A stretch of DNA of 64,000 bases from contig OZ243956.1 in NCBI GenBank assembly GCA_965214405.1, positions 2,176,001 through 2,240,000 of the forward strand. Direction: 5' to 3'. The first letter of the stretch is position 1; each line of letters opens with the position of its first letter. Below are positions 29,724 to 39,305 of this stretch, one piece after another. Both the position numbers and the translations under genes were made by a program. The DNA comes from Trueperaceae bacterium. GTDB taxonomy: Bacteria; Deinococcota; Deinococci; Deinococcales; Trueperaceae. The notes under the pieces are model-generated. The model was not told the DNA's origin, made no database searches, and was given only the letters and a program-made list of their open reading frames with translations.

Positions 29724-31250
29724 CTAGTTAAAGCTCGGCCAGTTAAACGTCCGCTGAAAAGTCTCCTTCGTATAACTCGTGTCGTTTTTGATAACTTTGT
29801 TGCTCGTCGTGTTGTTCGTCCAGGCGATGGCGTTCTGCTTGATACTTTTGATGTCGTCGTCGGAGATGTGCTCGAAGTAGGTGTAGTCGTACCTGTTGCC
29901 CTGGACCTGAAAGCCCTTGGATTCCGGGTGGTAGTTTCGCCTCATTCTAAAAGGACTGTCCGACCCTCTAATGACGCGTTCGGACTGCACAACGCGAAAA
30001 ACGCCGTCCATGTCGTTGTTGGTAATCATACACTCGTCCACCGTCGAGCAGGTCACGTCGTACTTATTGTTGCGAAACACGTTGTTGTAGACCCTAAAGG
30101 GGCCTTGGCTAAGCTCGAGGTGGAGCCCGTTTTCTCTGTTACCCTCGATGGTGTTGCCGTAGATCTCCACATTTTCGCAGTTGGTGTCACACCACCAGCC
30201 GTTGCTCTTATTGTCTTTAATAAGGTTGCCGCGCAACGTCAGGCCCCGAACATGAAGGATTTTATTGCCCGTGTCCCAGGTGTAGTGGTCCCACCAGTCA
30301 CCGCGCCAGTTGTTGCGCGACCACTCGCTGTTCTCGACGAGGCCGTTTTTTATCCCGTAGCCGATAAGACCCGAGAAGCCGTTGTCGTTCATGCGGCTGT
30401 TGCGGACGACCGGATTGGTGCCGTGAAGGTGAATCCCCGATTGCGAGTTCCAGTTTACGGTTACCCCGTCAAAAGTTTGGTTGCCCCAAACGTAGACCGC
30501 CGATTCGTCCCAGGCGGACGCAGCGTGCTGAAAGGTGAGGCCCTCGACACGCAGGTTTTGGGTGCGCTTGGTTCTCCACAGCTCGGCGCGCTTACATACT
30601 TCGACGGTACCGAGGTCTGCCACGTTGATAAAGAGTGTGTCGCGCTTTTCGTCAACAAAAAAGGTGTCGCCGCTGAGGCCGTCTTTACTCTTGACTTGCC
30701 TGAGCAACTTGCCGTCATTAAACACGCACTCTTTACGCGCGACCATAGGGTCGATCTTTTCGAAGGGGCTGGTCGGTTTGGCGGGAAAACCCCAATCGTT
30801 CTTCCAGGAGTGAGAATAGAGATTTTCTCCTTCGGCTTTCCACTCTGTAAAAACGTCGCTACCCGACACCACCGCCTCGGGCCCTCTGACGATGATGGGT
30901 GGGCCGTCAGACGAGGTCCAGTTCTCGACGCTCTGGCGGTAGGTGCCGGGCGCGACGTTGATCAGGGTTCCGCCGCCCTCTTCGCGCCGTGCCTGCGCAA
31001 CTTTGAAAGCGTGCTCGAGCGTGGCGAACGCACTCTCAAGCGTGTCCCCCTCGTTTTCGTCCGAGCCGGTGGTGGACACGTAAAGGGTGCTGCTCGCGGT
31101 GGGCAAGACGTCGCTGACCGGGGAAGGAACGCTAAAGGTCACCTGCGGCACCTGCGCCGCGCAGGCCGCCAGCACGAATAACAAAAGGGGAGAACACACC
31201 AGGTGCAGGTGTTGAAGTAGAGTTTTCTTACGTAATGCGTCTGTGGTCAT
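29724..31250 (-). CDS. Right-handed beta-helix (pectin lyase-like) lipoprotein
   Basis: LAAC lipobox, YVS..GSD.N.G, PGTYR, Asn-rich parallel beta-helix repeats. Confidence 0.82.
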   Translation of the reverse strand: MTTDALRKKTLLQHLHLVCSPLLLFVLAACAAQVPQVTFSVPSPVSDVLPTASSTLYVSTTGSDENEGDTLESAFATLEHAFKVAQARREEGGGTLINVAPGTYRQSVENWTSSDGPPIIVRGPEAVVSGSDVFTEWKAEGENLYSHSWKNDWGFPAKPTSPFEKIDPMVARKECVFNDGKLLRQVKSKDGLSGDTFFVDEKRDTLFINVADLGTVEVCKRAELWRTKRTQNLRVEGLTFQHAASAWDESAVYVWGNQTFDGVTVNWNSQSGIHLHGTNPVVRNSRMNDNGFSGLIGYGIKNGLVENSEWSRNNWRGDWWDHYTWDTGNKILHVRGLTLRGNLIKDNKSNGWWCDTNCENVEIYGNTIEGNRENGLHLELSQGPFRVYNNVFRNNKYDVTCSTVDECMITNNDMDGVFRVVQSERVIRGSDSPFRMRRNYHPESKGFQVQGNRYDYTYFEHISDDDIKSIKQNAIAWTNNTTSNKVIKNDTSYTKETFQRTFNWPSFN

Positions 31251-31759
31251 AATTCACCAATCTCTTGTTGAGCGAGGGACGGAGTCGAGAAGGAGAAGTT
31301 TGTAGAGGGTGTCCTATACAGCCTGCATAACAGTCTGCATAAAGGAACGTTTGCGTTCAGGGCGAATGTTCTAAGGGCTGCACATCATTTTGCTGCGTTT
31401 AGTGATGCACCGCGAGGGCGGTATACCGTCGTTCGTGTAGTCAGGACGCCGCTGCGGTTCCCTTAGAAAGTACACCACCCTCTTGAATCCGAAAGATGAA
31501 GATTCCATCTATATAGGTTAATCGGGTGCATATCATGGCGCGCATCATAGGGTGAGCCAGACAAGAAGTTTACATCCTGCCTGACTCCATCATAATGGCT
31601 TTTTCCTCAAGACAATGTTCCGTACTCACCCCTACACAGGGTGCTGGACGCTGCACGCATCCGGCTTCAAGCTCCCGCGGTTTTACGTGCCCTACTCGTT
31701 TTGTAAGGCCTGCGGGGGCAGGAGGTCGGAGGTTAGAGGCCGTCCCGCCCCCTCGAGCC

Positions 31760-32635
31760 TCATGTCAACCCCGCCCCCTCCCGCACCACCCGCGCGATGT
31801 TCGACACGTCCTCGTCGCCCAAGCCGCGCCCGACCAAGCCCGTCTCGAGCTGCTCCACATAGGCCGCGACGGGGATGGGCACGCCCAGGGCTCGAGCCGT
31901 TTCTAAGGCAATTCCCAAATCTTTGCGGTGGAGCCTGGTGCGAAACCCCAGTGGATAGGTGTTGTGAATCATGTTGTCCGCGCGGTTGCTCAAGACCCAC
32001 GATCCCGCCGCGCCGCCCGACACGGCTCTGTGAGCGGCTTCAACGTCCACGCCCGCCGCCAGCGCGATCGCCAGCCCCTCGGCGACCGCCGCGTAGGTGC
32101 CCGCGATAATGGTCTGATTAACCGCTTTGGTCACCTGACCGCTGCCGATGGGACCGACCAGGGTGATGGTCTTGCCGAGGGGCTCGAGCACTTCCCTAAC
32201 CCGTTCCAGCACCTCTTCTTTGCCGCCCACCATAACCGACAAGGTGCCCTTTTCGGCCCCCTCGGAACCGCCCGACACGGGCGCGTCGAGCATCTCCAAG
32301 CCCTTTTCGCCAAGTTTCGCCGCGATATCGCGGGTGACGCTAGGGGAAATGGTGCTCATGTCAATGAGGACGCTTCCCGCTTTCATGCCGTGAAGTGCGC
32401 CCTCCTCGCCTAAAACCACCGCCTCCACGTCGGGCGTGTCGCTCACCATCGTGATGACCACGTCCGCGCCCGCCGCGGCCTCCCGCGGACTCCCCGCCCG
32501 CGCCGCGCCCGCGTCCGCTGGCCCCTCTTCGCGCTCGCGGGTGCGGTTATGAACCGTCACGTCGAATCCTGCCTCGACCAGGCGCGTCGCCATCGGTGCG
32601 CCCATCGTGCCCATGCCGATAAAAGCTACTTTCAT
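31760..32635 (-). CDS. NAD(P)-dependent beta-hydroxyacid dehydrogenase (GarR/MmsB family)
   Basis: FIGMGTMG, DAPVSGG, K.VNQ, KDL. Confidence 0.92.
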   Translation of the reverse strand: MKVAFIGMGTMGAPMATRLVEAGFDVTVHNRTREREEGPADAGAARAGSPREAAAGADVVITMVSDTPDVEAVVLGEEGALHGMKAGSVLIDMSTISPSVTRDIAAKLGEKGLEMLDAPVSGGSEGAEKGTLSVMVGGKEEVLERVREVLEPLGKTITLVGPIGSGQVTKAVNQTIIAGTYAAVAEGLAIALAAGVDVEAAHRAVSGGAAGSWVLSNRADNMIHNTYPLGFRTRLHRKDLGIALETARALGVPIPVAAYVEQLETGLVGRGLGDEDVSNIARVVREGAGLT

Positions 32636-32700
32636 AAAAACCTCCTAAAGCCATTATGCCCTCTTTCGTGGCCCGCTCGAGGGGGTGTTATGCTCTTCTC

Positions 32701-34050
32701 ATGCCGTCCCCCGACGTGGTCCCAGGCCATCATTACCCGGACACCATCGCCGTCCGCCCCAGAACCTTTGTCAACGCGTCTCTGAATGTGCCCGGCTCCA
32801 AAAGCCTCACCAACCGGGCGCTCATCATCGCCGCGCTCGCCGAGGGCACGTCGTCGCTAAGCGGCGGGCTCGTCGCGGAGGATTCGGAGGTGATGGCGCG
32901 GGCACTTGTCAAACTTGGCATTCCCGTAGAGCTTGACGGTACGACGTTTACGGTGCGGGGGCAGGGGGGGCGGATTCCTGCGCCTCATGCGGATTTAAAC
33001 CTGCGTCTCTCGGGCACCTCGATCCGCTTTCTTACCGCGCTGGTCGCGTTGGGGCGGGGCCGCTACCGTTTGGACGGCTCCGCCAGGATGCGCGAGCGGC
33101 CCATCCAGGACCTTATCTCGGCGCTCCGTGCGCTCGGTGTGAGGGCGGAAACAGCGTTTGAAACGGGCTGTCCACCTCTCATCGTTGAGGCTAAGGGGCT
33201 CGAGGGCGGTGCGGCCGACATCGCCGGAGACCGCTCCTCGCAGTATTTGTCGGCGCTCCTCATGGTCGCGCCTTACGCGCTAGACACAGTCACGCTTTCG
33301 GTCAAGGGCGAGCTTCAGTCAAAGCCCTTTACCGACATGACGGTGTCGCTGATGGAGGATTTTGGCGTGGGGGTGGCTCGAGAGGGCTACGAAAAATTCA
33401 CCATCAATCCTTCCCGTTATAAAGCGCAAGACTACGCCATCGAAGGAGACGCGATGGCGGCGGGTTACTTTTGGGCGGCGGCGGCCATCGCGGGGGGTTC
33501 TGTCAAGGTCGAGAACGTGGGCCGCGACTCCGTCCAAGGAGACCGGCGTCTGGCCGACGTGCTGGGGCGAATGGGCTGCGAGGTGAAGTGGGAGGCCGCA
33601 AGCTGCGAGGTCACCTCCCCACCCGATGGCGTTCTGCGGGGCGGCACCTTTGACCTAAACGACATGCCCGACCAGGCGCAGACGCTCGCGGTGGTGGCGC
33701 TTTTCGCCGACCGGGCGGTGCGCATCGAAAACGTGTGGAACATGCGCATCAAGGAGACCGACCGCCTAAAGGCGGTGGCGACCGAGTTGCGTAAATGTGG
33801 GGCCAGGGTCGAAGAGGAGCAAGACGCGTTGGTGGTGCATCCTCTGGAGGCTCGAGCCGCCAATCTCCATAAAGACACCGTTCACAAAGACACCGTTCAC
33901 AAAAATATCTATATCGACACCTACGGCGACCACCGTATGGCGATGGCCTTTGCGCTCGCCGGGCTGCGCCTTCCCGGCGTGGTCATCCGCGACCCCGGCT
34001 GCGTCGCCAAGACGTTCCCTGCGTTTTTCGAGGTGCTTTCGGCTTTATGA
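32701..34050 (+). CDS. aroA: 3-phosphoshikimate 1-carboxyvinyltransferase
   Basis: PGSKSLTNRAL, SSQY, RIKETDR, DHRMAM; leaderless start TATGCT-6 nt-ATG 32701. Confidence 0.96.
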   Translation: MPSPDVVPGHHYPDTIAVRPRTFVNASLNVPGSKSLTNRALIIAALAEGTSSLSGGLVAEDSEVMARALVKLGIPVELDGTTFTVRGQGGRIPAPHADLNLRLSGTSIRFLTALVALGRGRYRLDGSARMRERPIQDLISALRALGVRAETAFETGCPPLIVEAKGLEGGAADIAGDRSSQYLSALLMVAPYALDTVTLSVKGELQSKPFTDMTVSLMEDFGVGVAREGYEKFTINPSRYKAQDYAIEGDAMAAGYFWAAAAIAGGSVKVENVGRDSVQGDRRLADVLGRMGCEVKWEAASCEVTSPPDGVLRGGTFDLNDMPDQAQTLAVVALFADRAVRIENVWNMRIKETDRLKAVATELRKCGARVEEEQDALVVHPLEARAANLHKDTVHKDTVHKNIYIDTYGDHRMAMAFALAGLRLPGVVIRDPGCVAKTFPAFFEVLSAL

Positions 34051-34219
34051 CTCAACCTGCTTTGTGACCAGTCAAGGTGCGTTTGCTGCGCTATAGTGGG
34101 GCCGATGTGCGCGGAAGCAGCAGTACATGTGAGGGTGCCAAGCGTAGTAGTAAAACGAGTAGTAGTAAAACAATTGTGACGATGCCTGAAGATGGGGTGA
34201 ATATGATAACGGGACGACT

Positions 34220-34927
34220 ATGACGCAAACGGCGGAGCGGGAGACGGACGTGGGTGGCGCGGCGAGGGGAGCGAAAGGTAAAGACGCGCCTGTCACAACC
34301 GTCGTCACCATCGACGGTCCGGCGGCTTCGGGTAAGTCGAGCGTGGCGCGGCTCGTGGCGGGGCTGTTGGGGATCCCTTACGTCTCGAGCGGCCTCTTGT
34401 ACCGCGCGGCGACCTATCTGGTGTTGCGTGAAGGTGTAGACGCAGGCGACGAAGCGGCGGTGCTGGCACTCCTTGAAGCTCACGACGTTCTCTTAGAGGC
34501 TCGCCTGAACGCGCCCAACCGCATCTTGTTGGACGGTCAAGACGTCTCACACGAACTTCATACCGATCAGGTGGACGCGTTCGTCTCGAGCGTCGCCCGT
34601 CACCCCGGCGTGCGCGTGTGGGTCTACCGGCGTCTGCGCGAGATTCGCGGGGCCTTTGTGATTGAAGGGCGCGACATGGGCCGGGTGGTTTTTCCGGACG
34701 TGCGGCACAAGTTTTACTTGACCGCCACACCCGAGGTGCGCGCCGCGCGGCGGGTGGGGGAAAGGCTCGGCGGGCTCGCCGAAGTGACCGACGCGCTTAA
34801 AAAGCGCGACCTGCTCGACACGAAGCAACTCGAGCCCGCCCCCGATGCTCTTCACCTCGACACGAGCGGCTTGACGATTGACGAGGTGGTGGCGCGGGTG
34901 CTCGAGGGGGTGCGCGAAAAAGCTTGA
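34220..34927 (+). CDS. cmk: Cytidylate kinase
   Basis: [23 protein letters not shown]. Confidence 0.95.
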   Translation: MTQTAERETDVGGAARGAKGKDAPVTTVVTIDGPAASGKSSVARLVAGLLGIPYVSSGLLYRAATYLVLREGVDAGDEAAVLALLEAHDVLLEARLNAPNRILLDGQDVSHELHTDQVDAFVSSVARHPGVRVWVYRRLREIRGAFVIEGRDMGRVVFPDVRHKFYLTATPEVRAARRVGERLGGLAEVTDALKKRDLLDTKQLEPAPDALHLDTSGLTIDEVVARVLEGVREKA

Positions 34928-35030
34928 GCTGCGGCGCGTCCCAAAACCCGCTTGAACACCCCTTGAGTCACCCCGCATACGCTATGGTCTCAATCTTTGC
35001 GTTTTCTACTTCCTGCTCAAACCCGCACCC

Positions 35031-35921
35031 GTGAACACCGCCCGCTTTACCACCCCCGCCCGCGCCCTGGGCCACGTGATGGTGACGACCACCCGTTACA
35101 AACCGGAGGCGCATCCCCTGGCTGAAGCGAGCGCCGCGCGGCTGCGCTCGCTAGGGGTGCGCGTGACGTTGGACTTAGCAGGTGACCTCGCTCTGGCGGA
35201 GGAAGCGAACACGGAGCCGAAGATTGATTTAGTCATCGCCATCGGCGGGGACGGCACGATTCTTTCGACCGCGCGGCGGCTCGTCGGCACGTCCCTGCCG
35301 ACCTTGGGCGTCAATTTGGGCAAGCTGGGGTTTTTGGCCGAGCACAGCCCCGAGGAACTGCGGGCCTATCTTGAGGGCGCAACCCCAAACGGCTGGCAAC
35401 TGAGCCCCAAAATGATGCTCCAGGTGAACCTGCACACCGCCGAGGGAGACACCGTCCGCTACGCGCTCAACGAGTTTTTCGTGTCACAGGGGGTGATGAC
35501 GCGGCTCGTCAACATCGACATGGCCGTGGACGGCTTTCACGCCTCGCAGTACCGCGCCGACGGGCTGGTGATTTCTTCGCCGGTGGGCTCGACGGGCTAC
35601 TCGCTCTCGCTGGGCGGCCCCATCCTGAGTCAGGGCTTACGCGCCTTTGTGGTCACGCCTATCGCGCCGCACGCGCTGACGAACCGGCCCATCATCATCG
35701 AGGGCTCATCAAGCGTGCGTTTCGAAGTGCATGGCCCGGCGGGCGAACTCGCGCTCATCGGGGACTCGCATGAGAGACTCGAGCTCCGCGAGGGGAGCGC
35801 CTTTACCGTCTCGAGCGCGCCCACCGATTTTGTCTTGGTGTCGTCAGGCACGCGCACCTATTTTGACATCTTGCGCCACAAACTCGCCTGGAGCGAGACA
35901 CCCCGGCTACGTGGCGCGTAA
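35031..35921 (+). CDS. nadK: NAD(+) kinase
   Basis: GGDGT, GVNLGKLGFL, ALNE, DG...SPVGSTGYSLS.GGP. Confidence 0.94.
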   Translation: MNTARFTTPARALGHVMVTTTRYKPEAHPLAEASAARLRSLGVRVTLDLAGDLALAEEANTEPKIDLVIAIGGDGTILSTARRLVGTSLPTLGVNLGKLGFLAEHSPEELRAYLEGATPNGWQLSPKMMLQVNLHTAEGDTVRYALNEFFVSQGVMTRLVNIDMAVDGFHASQYRADGLVISSPVGSTGYSLSLGGPILSQGLRAFVVTPIAPHALTNRPIIIEGSSSVRFEVHGPAGELALIGDSHERLELREGSAFTVSSAPTDFVLVSSGTRTYFDILRHKLAWSETPRLRGA

Positions 35922-36118
35922 CTTCGCACCCTCACATCAGCCTGCGTCTGTCTCCCCCTTTCTTGACCCGGTAGTTCTGAAGTTTAGGTGAACACAGTTT
36001 ATGAAAGACGTCACAGCGGCGTGTTCTTTGTAGCCTGGACTCACAAAACGGCTCCACCACACCTTAAAACGTGACTTAGCTTGCTGCCAAACATTCTCCT
36101 GCGCGTCACGCTACACTC

Positions 36119-36751
36119 ATGTCAAGACTGAGACCGGAGTTTTTTAGGCGCGAGGACGAGAGCCCGGACGGGCAGTTCTACCGGCAGCCGCGCCTCGTCA
36201 ACCACATCGACGACGCCGCGCTGAAGCGGGTCGAGGCGCTTTATGACGAGCTTTTGCCTGCGGGTGGACACATTTTGGACCTCATGGCGAGTTATGAATC
36301 GCACTTGTCAAACAAAGTGGGTCGCGTGACGGGGTTGGGGCTCAATGAGGCGGAGCTCGAGCACAACCGCCGCCTGAGCGATTACCTTGTCTTCGACCTC
36401 AACCGCTCCGAAAGCTTGCCCTTCGAGACGGCCACCTTTGACGGCGCCGTCTGCACCGTGAGCGTGCAGTACATGACGCGCCCTTCGGAGACCTTCGCCG
36501 AGGTGGCGCGCACGCTCCGAGAGGGTGCGCCCTTCGTCATCACCTTCTCCAACCGGATGTTCCCCACCAAGGCGGTGCTGGTCTGGCGCTCGAGCGACGA
36601 CGAGGCGCATATCCGGCTTGTCAGGCAATACTTTGGGGAGACGGCGGCCTTTGGTAAGGTTCATGTGCGCCGCTCCGTGCCGAGAAGGGGCGACCCCATT
36701 TACGCGTTATGGGCGTTTAAGGAGAGGGAGCCGCAACCCGGTTTTAACTAG
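36119..36751 (+). CDS. SAM-dependent methyltransferase
   Basis: FY..PRLV.HID, LDLM.S, VSVQY, FSNRMFPTKA; its stop TAG lies in the IS target site. Confidence 0.85.
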   Translation: MSRLRPEFFRREDESPDGQFYRQPRLVNHIDDAALKRVEALYDELLPAGGHILDLMASYESHLSNKVGRVTGLGLNEAELEHNRRLSDYLVFDLNRSESLPFETATFDGAVCTVSVQYMTRPSETFAEVARTLREGAPFVITFSNRMFPTKAVLVWRSSDDEAHIRLVRQYFGETAAFGKVHVRRSVPRRGDPIYALWAFKEREPQPGFN

Positions 36752-37669
36752 GGTCTGTCTGACTAATCAAAGCCAGAGGATGATGGAGGCGAGGAGCACA
36801 CCAGCACGGTAGTTTCTGCCGCGTTTGTCGTAGCGGGTGGCAACGGCGCGAAAGCCTTTAAGTCGGTTGATGCAGCGTTCGACCACGTTACGTCCTTTGT
36901 AGGCTTGCTTATCGAAAGCAGGAGGTCGTCCACCTTTTGTGCCCTTAGACAAGCGAGACTTCTTGGCATCTTCGCGCTCGGGGCTGATACAGATGATGCC
37001 CCTGCGCCTTAGTATCTTCCGCTGCTTGTTGAAACCATAAGCGCGGTCGAGTCTAAGCTGAGGGGGGCGCTTACGCGGTCGCCCTCTGCCAAGGCGGGGC
37101 ACATAAATCTCGTCCAAGACCGGCTCTAGCCAAGCGGCGTCGTTGCGCTGTCCCGCCGTGATGACCACGGACAGGGGTCGCACTTTGCCGTCCGCGCAGG
37201 TATGCACCTTGCTGGTGTGGCCTCCGCGTGAGTGTCCCAGCCACTCGTCTGCTAAGGTCCCCTTTTTTCACCCTCAGCAGGCCGCTTCCTCGCCCCGCTG
37301 GCGCTGCGGTGCGCTTTAATATGAGAGCTGTCTAACGCTGCGCCGTCCCAATCAATCTCACCCGCCGCATCGGCGTGAGCTTGAAGCCTGTGCAGGATGC
37401 GCTTCCAGACACCGTTGCGCTCCCACCTCGTGAAGCGGTCCCAGCAGGTCTGCCAAGGTCCGTAGCGTTCAGGAACGTCGCGCCAGGGAGCGCCTGTTTT
37501 CAAGCGCCACGAAATGCCGTTGATGACCTGTCGGTGGTTGCGGTAGTTGTGACCCCGTTGGGGATTGGGGGGTAGATGCGGTTTTAGTGCTTGCCACTGC
37601 TGCTCTTTTAGGTCTGTTCGTGCCATACGCCTACCCTAAACCATCTTCATCCCTTCTGTCAGACAGACC
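36752..37669 (-). mobile_element. IS5-family (IS427-like) insertion sequence, 918 bp
   Basis: Perfect 12-bp TIRs GGTCTGTCTGAC/GTCAGACAGACC flanked by CTAG at 36748-36751 and 37670-37673. Confidence 0.93.
36767..37626 (-). CDS. IS5-family transposase, OrfA/OrfB joined by -1 frameshift
   Basis: Orf[15 protein letters not shown]; OrfB GHSRGG.TSK.H, DRAY, Y..RN.VER; A6G4 run at about 37259-37268. Confidence 0.9.
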
Positions 37670-37830
37670 CTAGCCCACTTCTTAGCATTCTCGCACGTCA
37701 GAAGAAGCCTATGGGAGCCATAAGTAAGACTGATGGTGGCTAAGAAGGCTCGAACCTCCCAGATACCTCACGTTAAAGTGGCGAAGCTGAAGCGAGTAAA
37801 GCGTCATGGAAGCAGTAAGGTATTTATAAC

Positions 37831-38481
37831 GTGAACCTCTACCTAATCAGACATGGCGAATGTCTAGGACAGACAGACCCAGACTATCACTCTGACCCTG
37901 ACAGCTCACTGTCTTCTTTGGGCCAGCAGCAAGCACAGCTCACGGCGAAGTTTTTGGCTCGAGTCAACTTCACACAGGTGATTAGCAGCCCGCTCGTTCG
38001 CTCTCTCGAGACGGCTCAAGCCCTCGCAGAGCCGCAAGGGCTTCCTGTGGAGGTCTGGACCGATTTACGTGAAGGCTTCAGCCGTTATTACCGGGGTCGC
38101 GCTCTGGCAGAACTTCAAGATAAATTTGCAAATGCGCGGTTTCCGCAAGAAGTTGATGAACAAGGTTGGCATCACGGCAACGATGTTTACGATGACTGGC
38201 AACCCCGCTGTGAACGCATCCTCAAAAAGATTGGCACGCTTCCTGCCGACAGTCACGTTGCTTTGGTGAGTCACGGAGGTTTGGGGAACTATCTTCTACA
38301 TTCAGCCCTCGGTCTCGACTTCAAAAAACCGCATTGGTTCGAGCTTGCCAACGGCAGCGTCAGCAGACTTCGTTTTGTGCCCCATCCTGAAGCCGAACGT
38401 CCCAATTGGCCTTTGTATCCGCCGGTCAGGCTAGAAGTTCATTCCATCAACGAGGCGGCGCACCTGAGTGAGCTTGCATAA
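37831..38481 (+). CDS. Histidine phosphatase family protein
   Basis: LIRHGE, SSPL.R..ETA, L.E, VSHGG; AT-richer codons. Confidence 0.88.
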   Translation: MNLYLIRHGECLGQTDPDYHSDPDSSLSSLGQQQAQLTAKFLARVNFTQVISSPLVRSLETAQALAEPQGLPVEVWTDLREGFSRYYRGRALAELQDKFANARFPQEVDEQGWHHGNDVYDDWQPRCERILKKIGTLPADSHVALVSHGGLGNYLLHSALGLDFKKPHWFELANGSVSRLRFVPHPEAERPNWPLYPPVRLEVHSINEAAHLSELA

Positions 38482-38506
38482 GCACTGCAAAGGTTATGCT
38501 GCCCTT

Positions 38507-39274
38507 GTGCGCGTTCTTTTTATCGGAGACATCTTTAGCACCCCCGGCGTGAGGGTCATGCAGGACTTTTTGAGGGCCTTCCGCGACGACTATGACTTTG
38601 TCATCGCTAACGGCGAGAACGCGGCGGGGGGCGCTGGTCTAACCCGCAAGCATTTTAAGCAGATGCTCGACGCCGGGGTGGACGTGGTCACGCTCGGCAA
38701 CCACGCGTGGGACAAGCGGGAGGCGCTGGAACTAGTCGAGGAGACGCCGCGGCTGCTCAGGCCCTTGAACTACCCACCGGGCACGCCGGGACTCGGGCAC
38801 GCCTCTTTCGAGGCGCGTAACGGCGAGCGCATCACGGTGGCGCAGGCGATGGGACGGATTTTTTTGGACCCGCTGGATTGTCCCTTTCGGGCGGTGGACG
38901 GGGTGCTCGAGACCCTCCCCGCTAACGAACCCCTCATCCTCGACTTCCACGCCGAGGCCACGAGCGAAAAGCGGGCGATGGGCTACCACCTGCGCGGGCG
39001 CGCCGCGGCGATGGTGGGCACGCACACGCACGTCCAGACCGCCGACGAGCGGGTAGCAAACGGCACCGCGACCATCACCGACGTGGGCATGACGGGGGTG
39101 CAGGATTCGGCCATCGGGATGCGCTTTGAGGAGGTTCACTACCGCTTTACCACCCGCTTGCCGCAGCGTTACAAACCCGCCGAGGGCTCGGGCGAGGTGC
39201 GGGCGGTGAGCCTCGAGCTTTCGGGCAACCGGGCGACCAAGATTGAACGTATTCAGTGGGCGGCCTCGGAGTAA
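38507..39274 (+). CDS. YmdB-like (TIGR00282) metallophosphoesterase
   Basis: FIGDI, NGENAAGG.G, GNH, DFHAEATSEK, GTHTHVQTAD; leaderless TATGCT-6 nt-GTG. Confidence 0.92.
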   Translation: MRVLFIGDIFSTPGVRVMQDFLRAFRDDYDFVIANGENAAGGAGLTRKHFKQMLDAGVDVVTLGNHAWDKREALELVEETPRLLRPLNYPPGTPGLGHASFEARNGERITVAQAMGRIFLDPLDCPFRAVDGVLETLPANEPLILDFHAEATSEKRAMGYHLRGRAAAMVGTHTHVQTADERVANGTATITDVGMTGVQDSAIGMRFEEVHYRFTTRLPQRYKPAEGSGEVRAVSLELSGNRATKIERIQWAASE

Positions 39275-39305
39275 TCACGAAGAGAGATGGGCTTGGGAGG
39301 AACGC

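Noticed and set aside
29670..31181. 503-aa plus-strand ORF
   Set aside because: Antisense shadow of the beta-helix lipoprotein; Val-rich mirror composition and no motifs.
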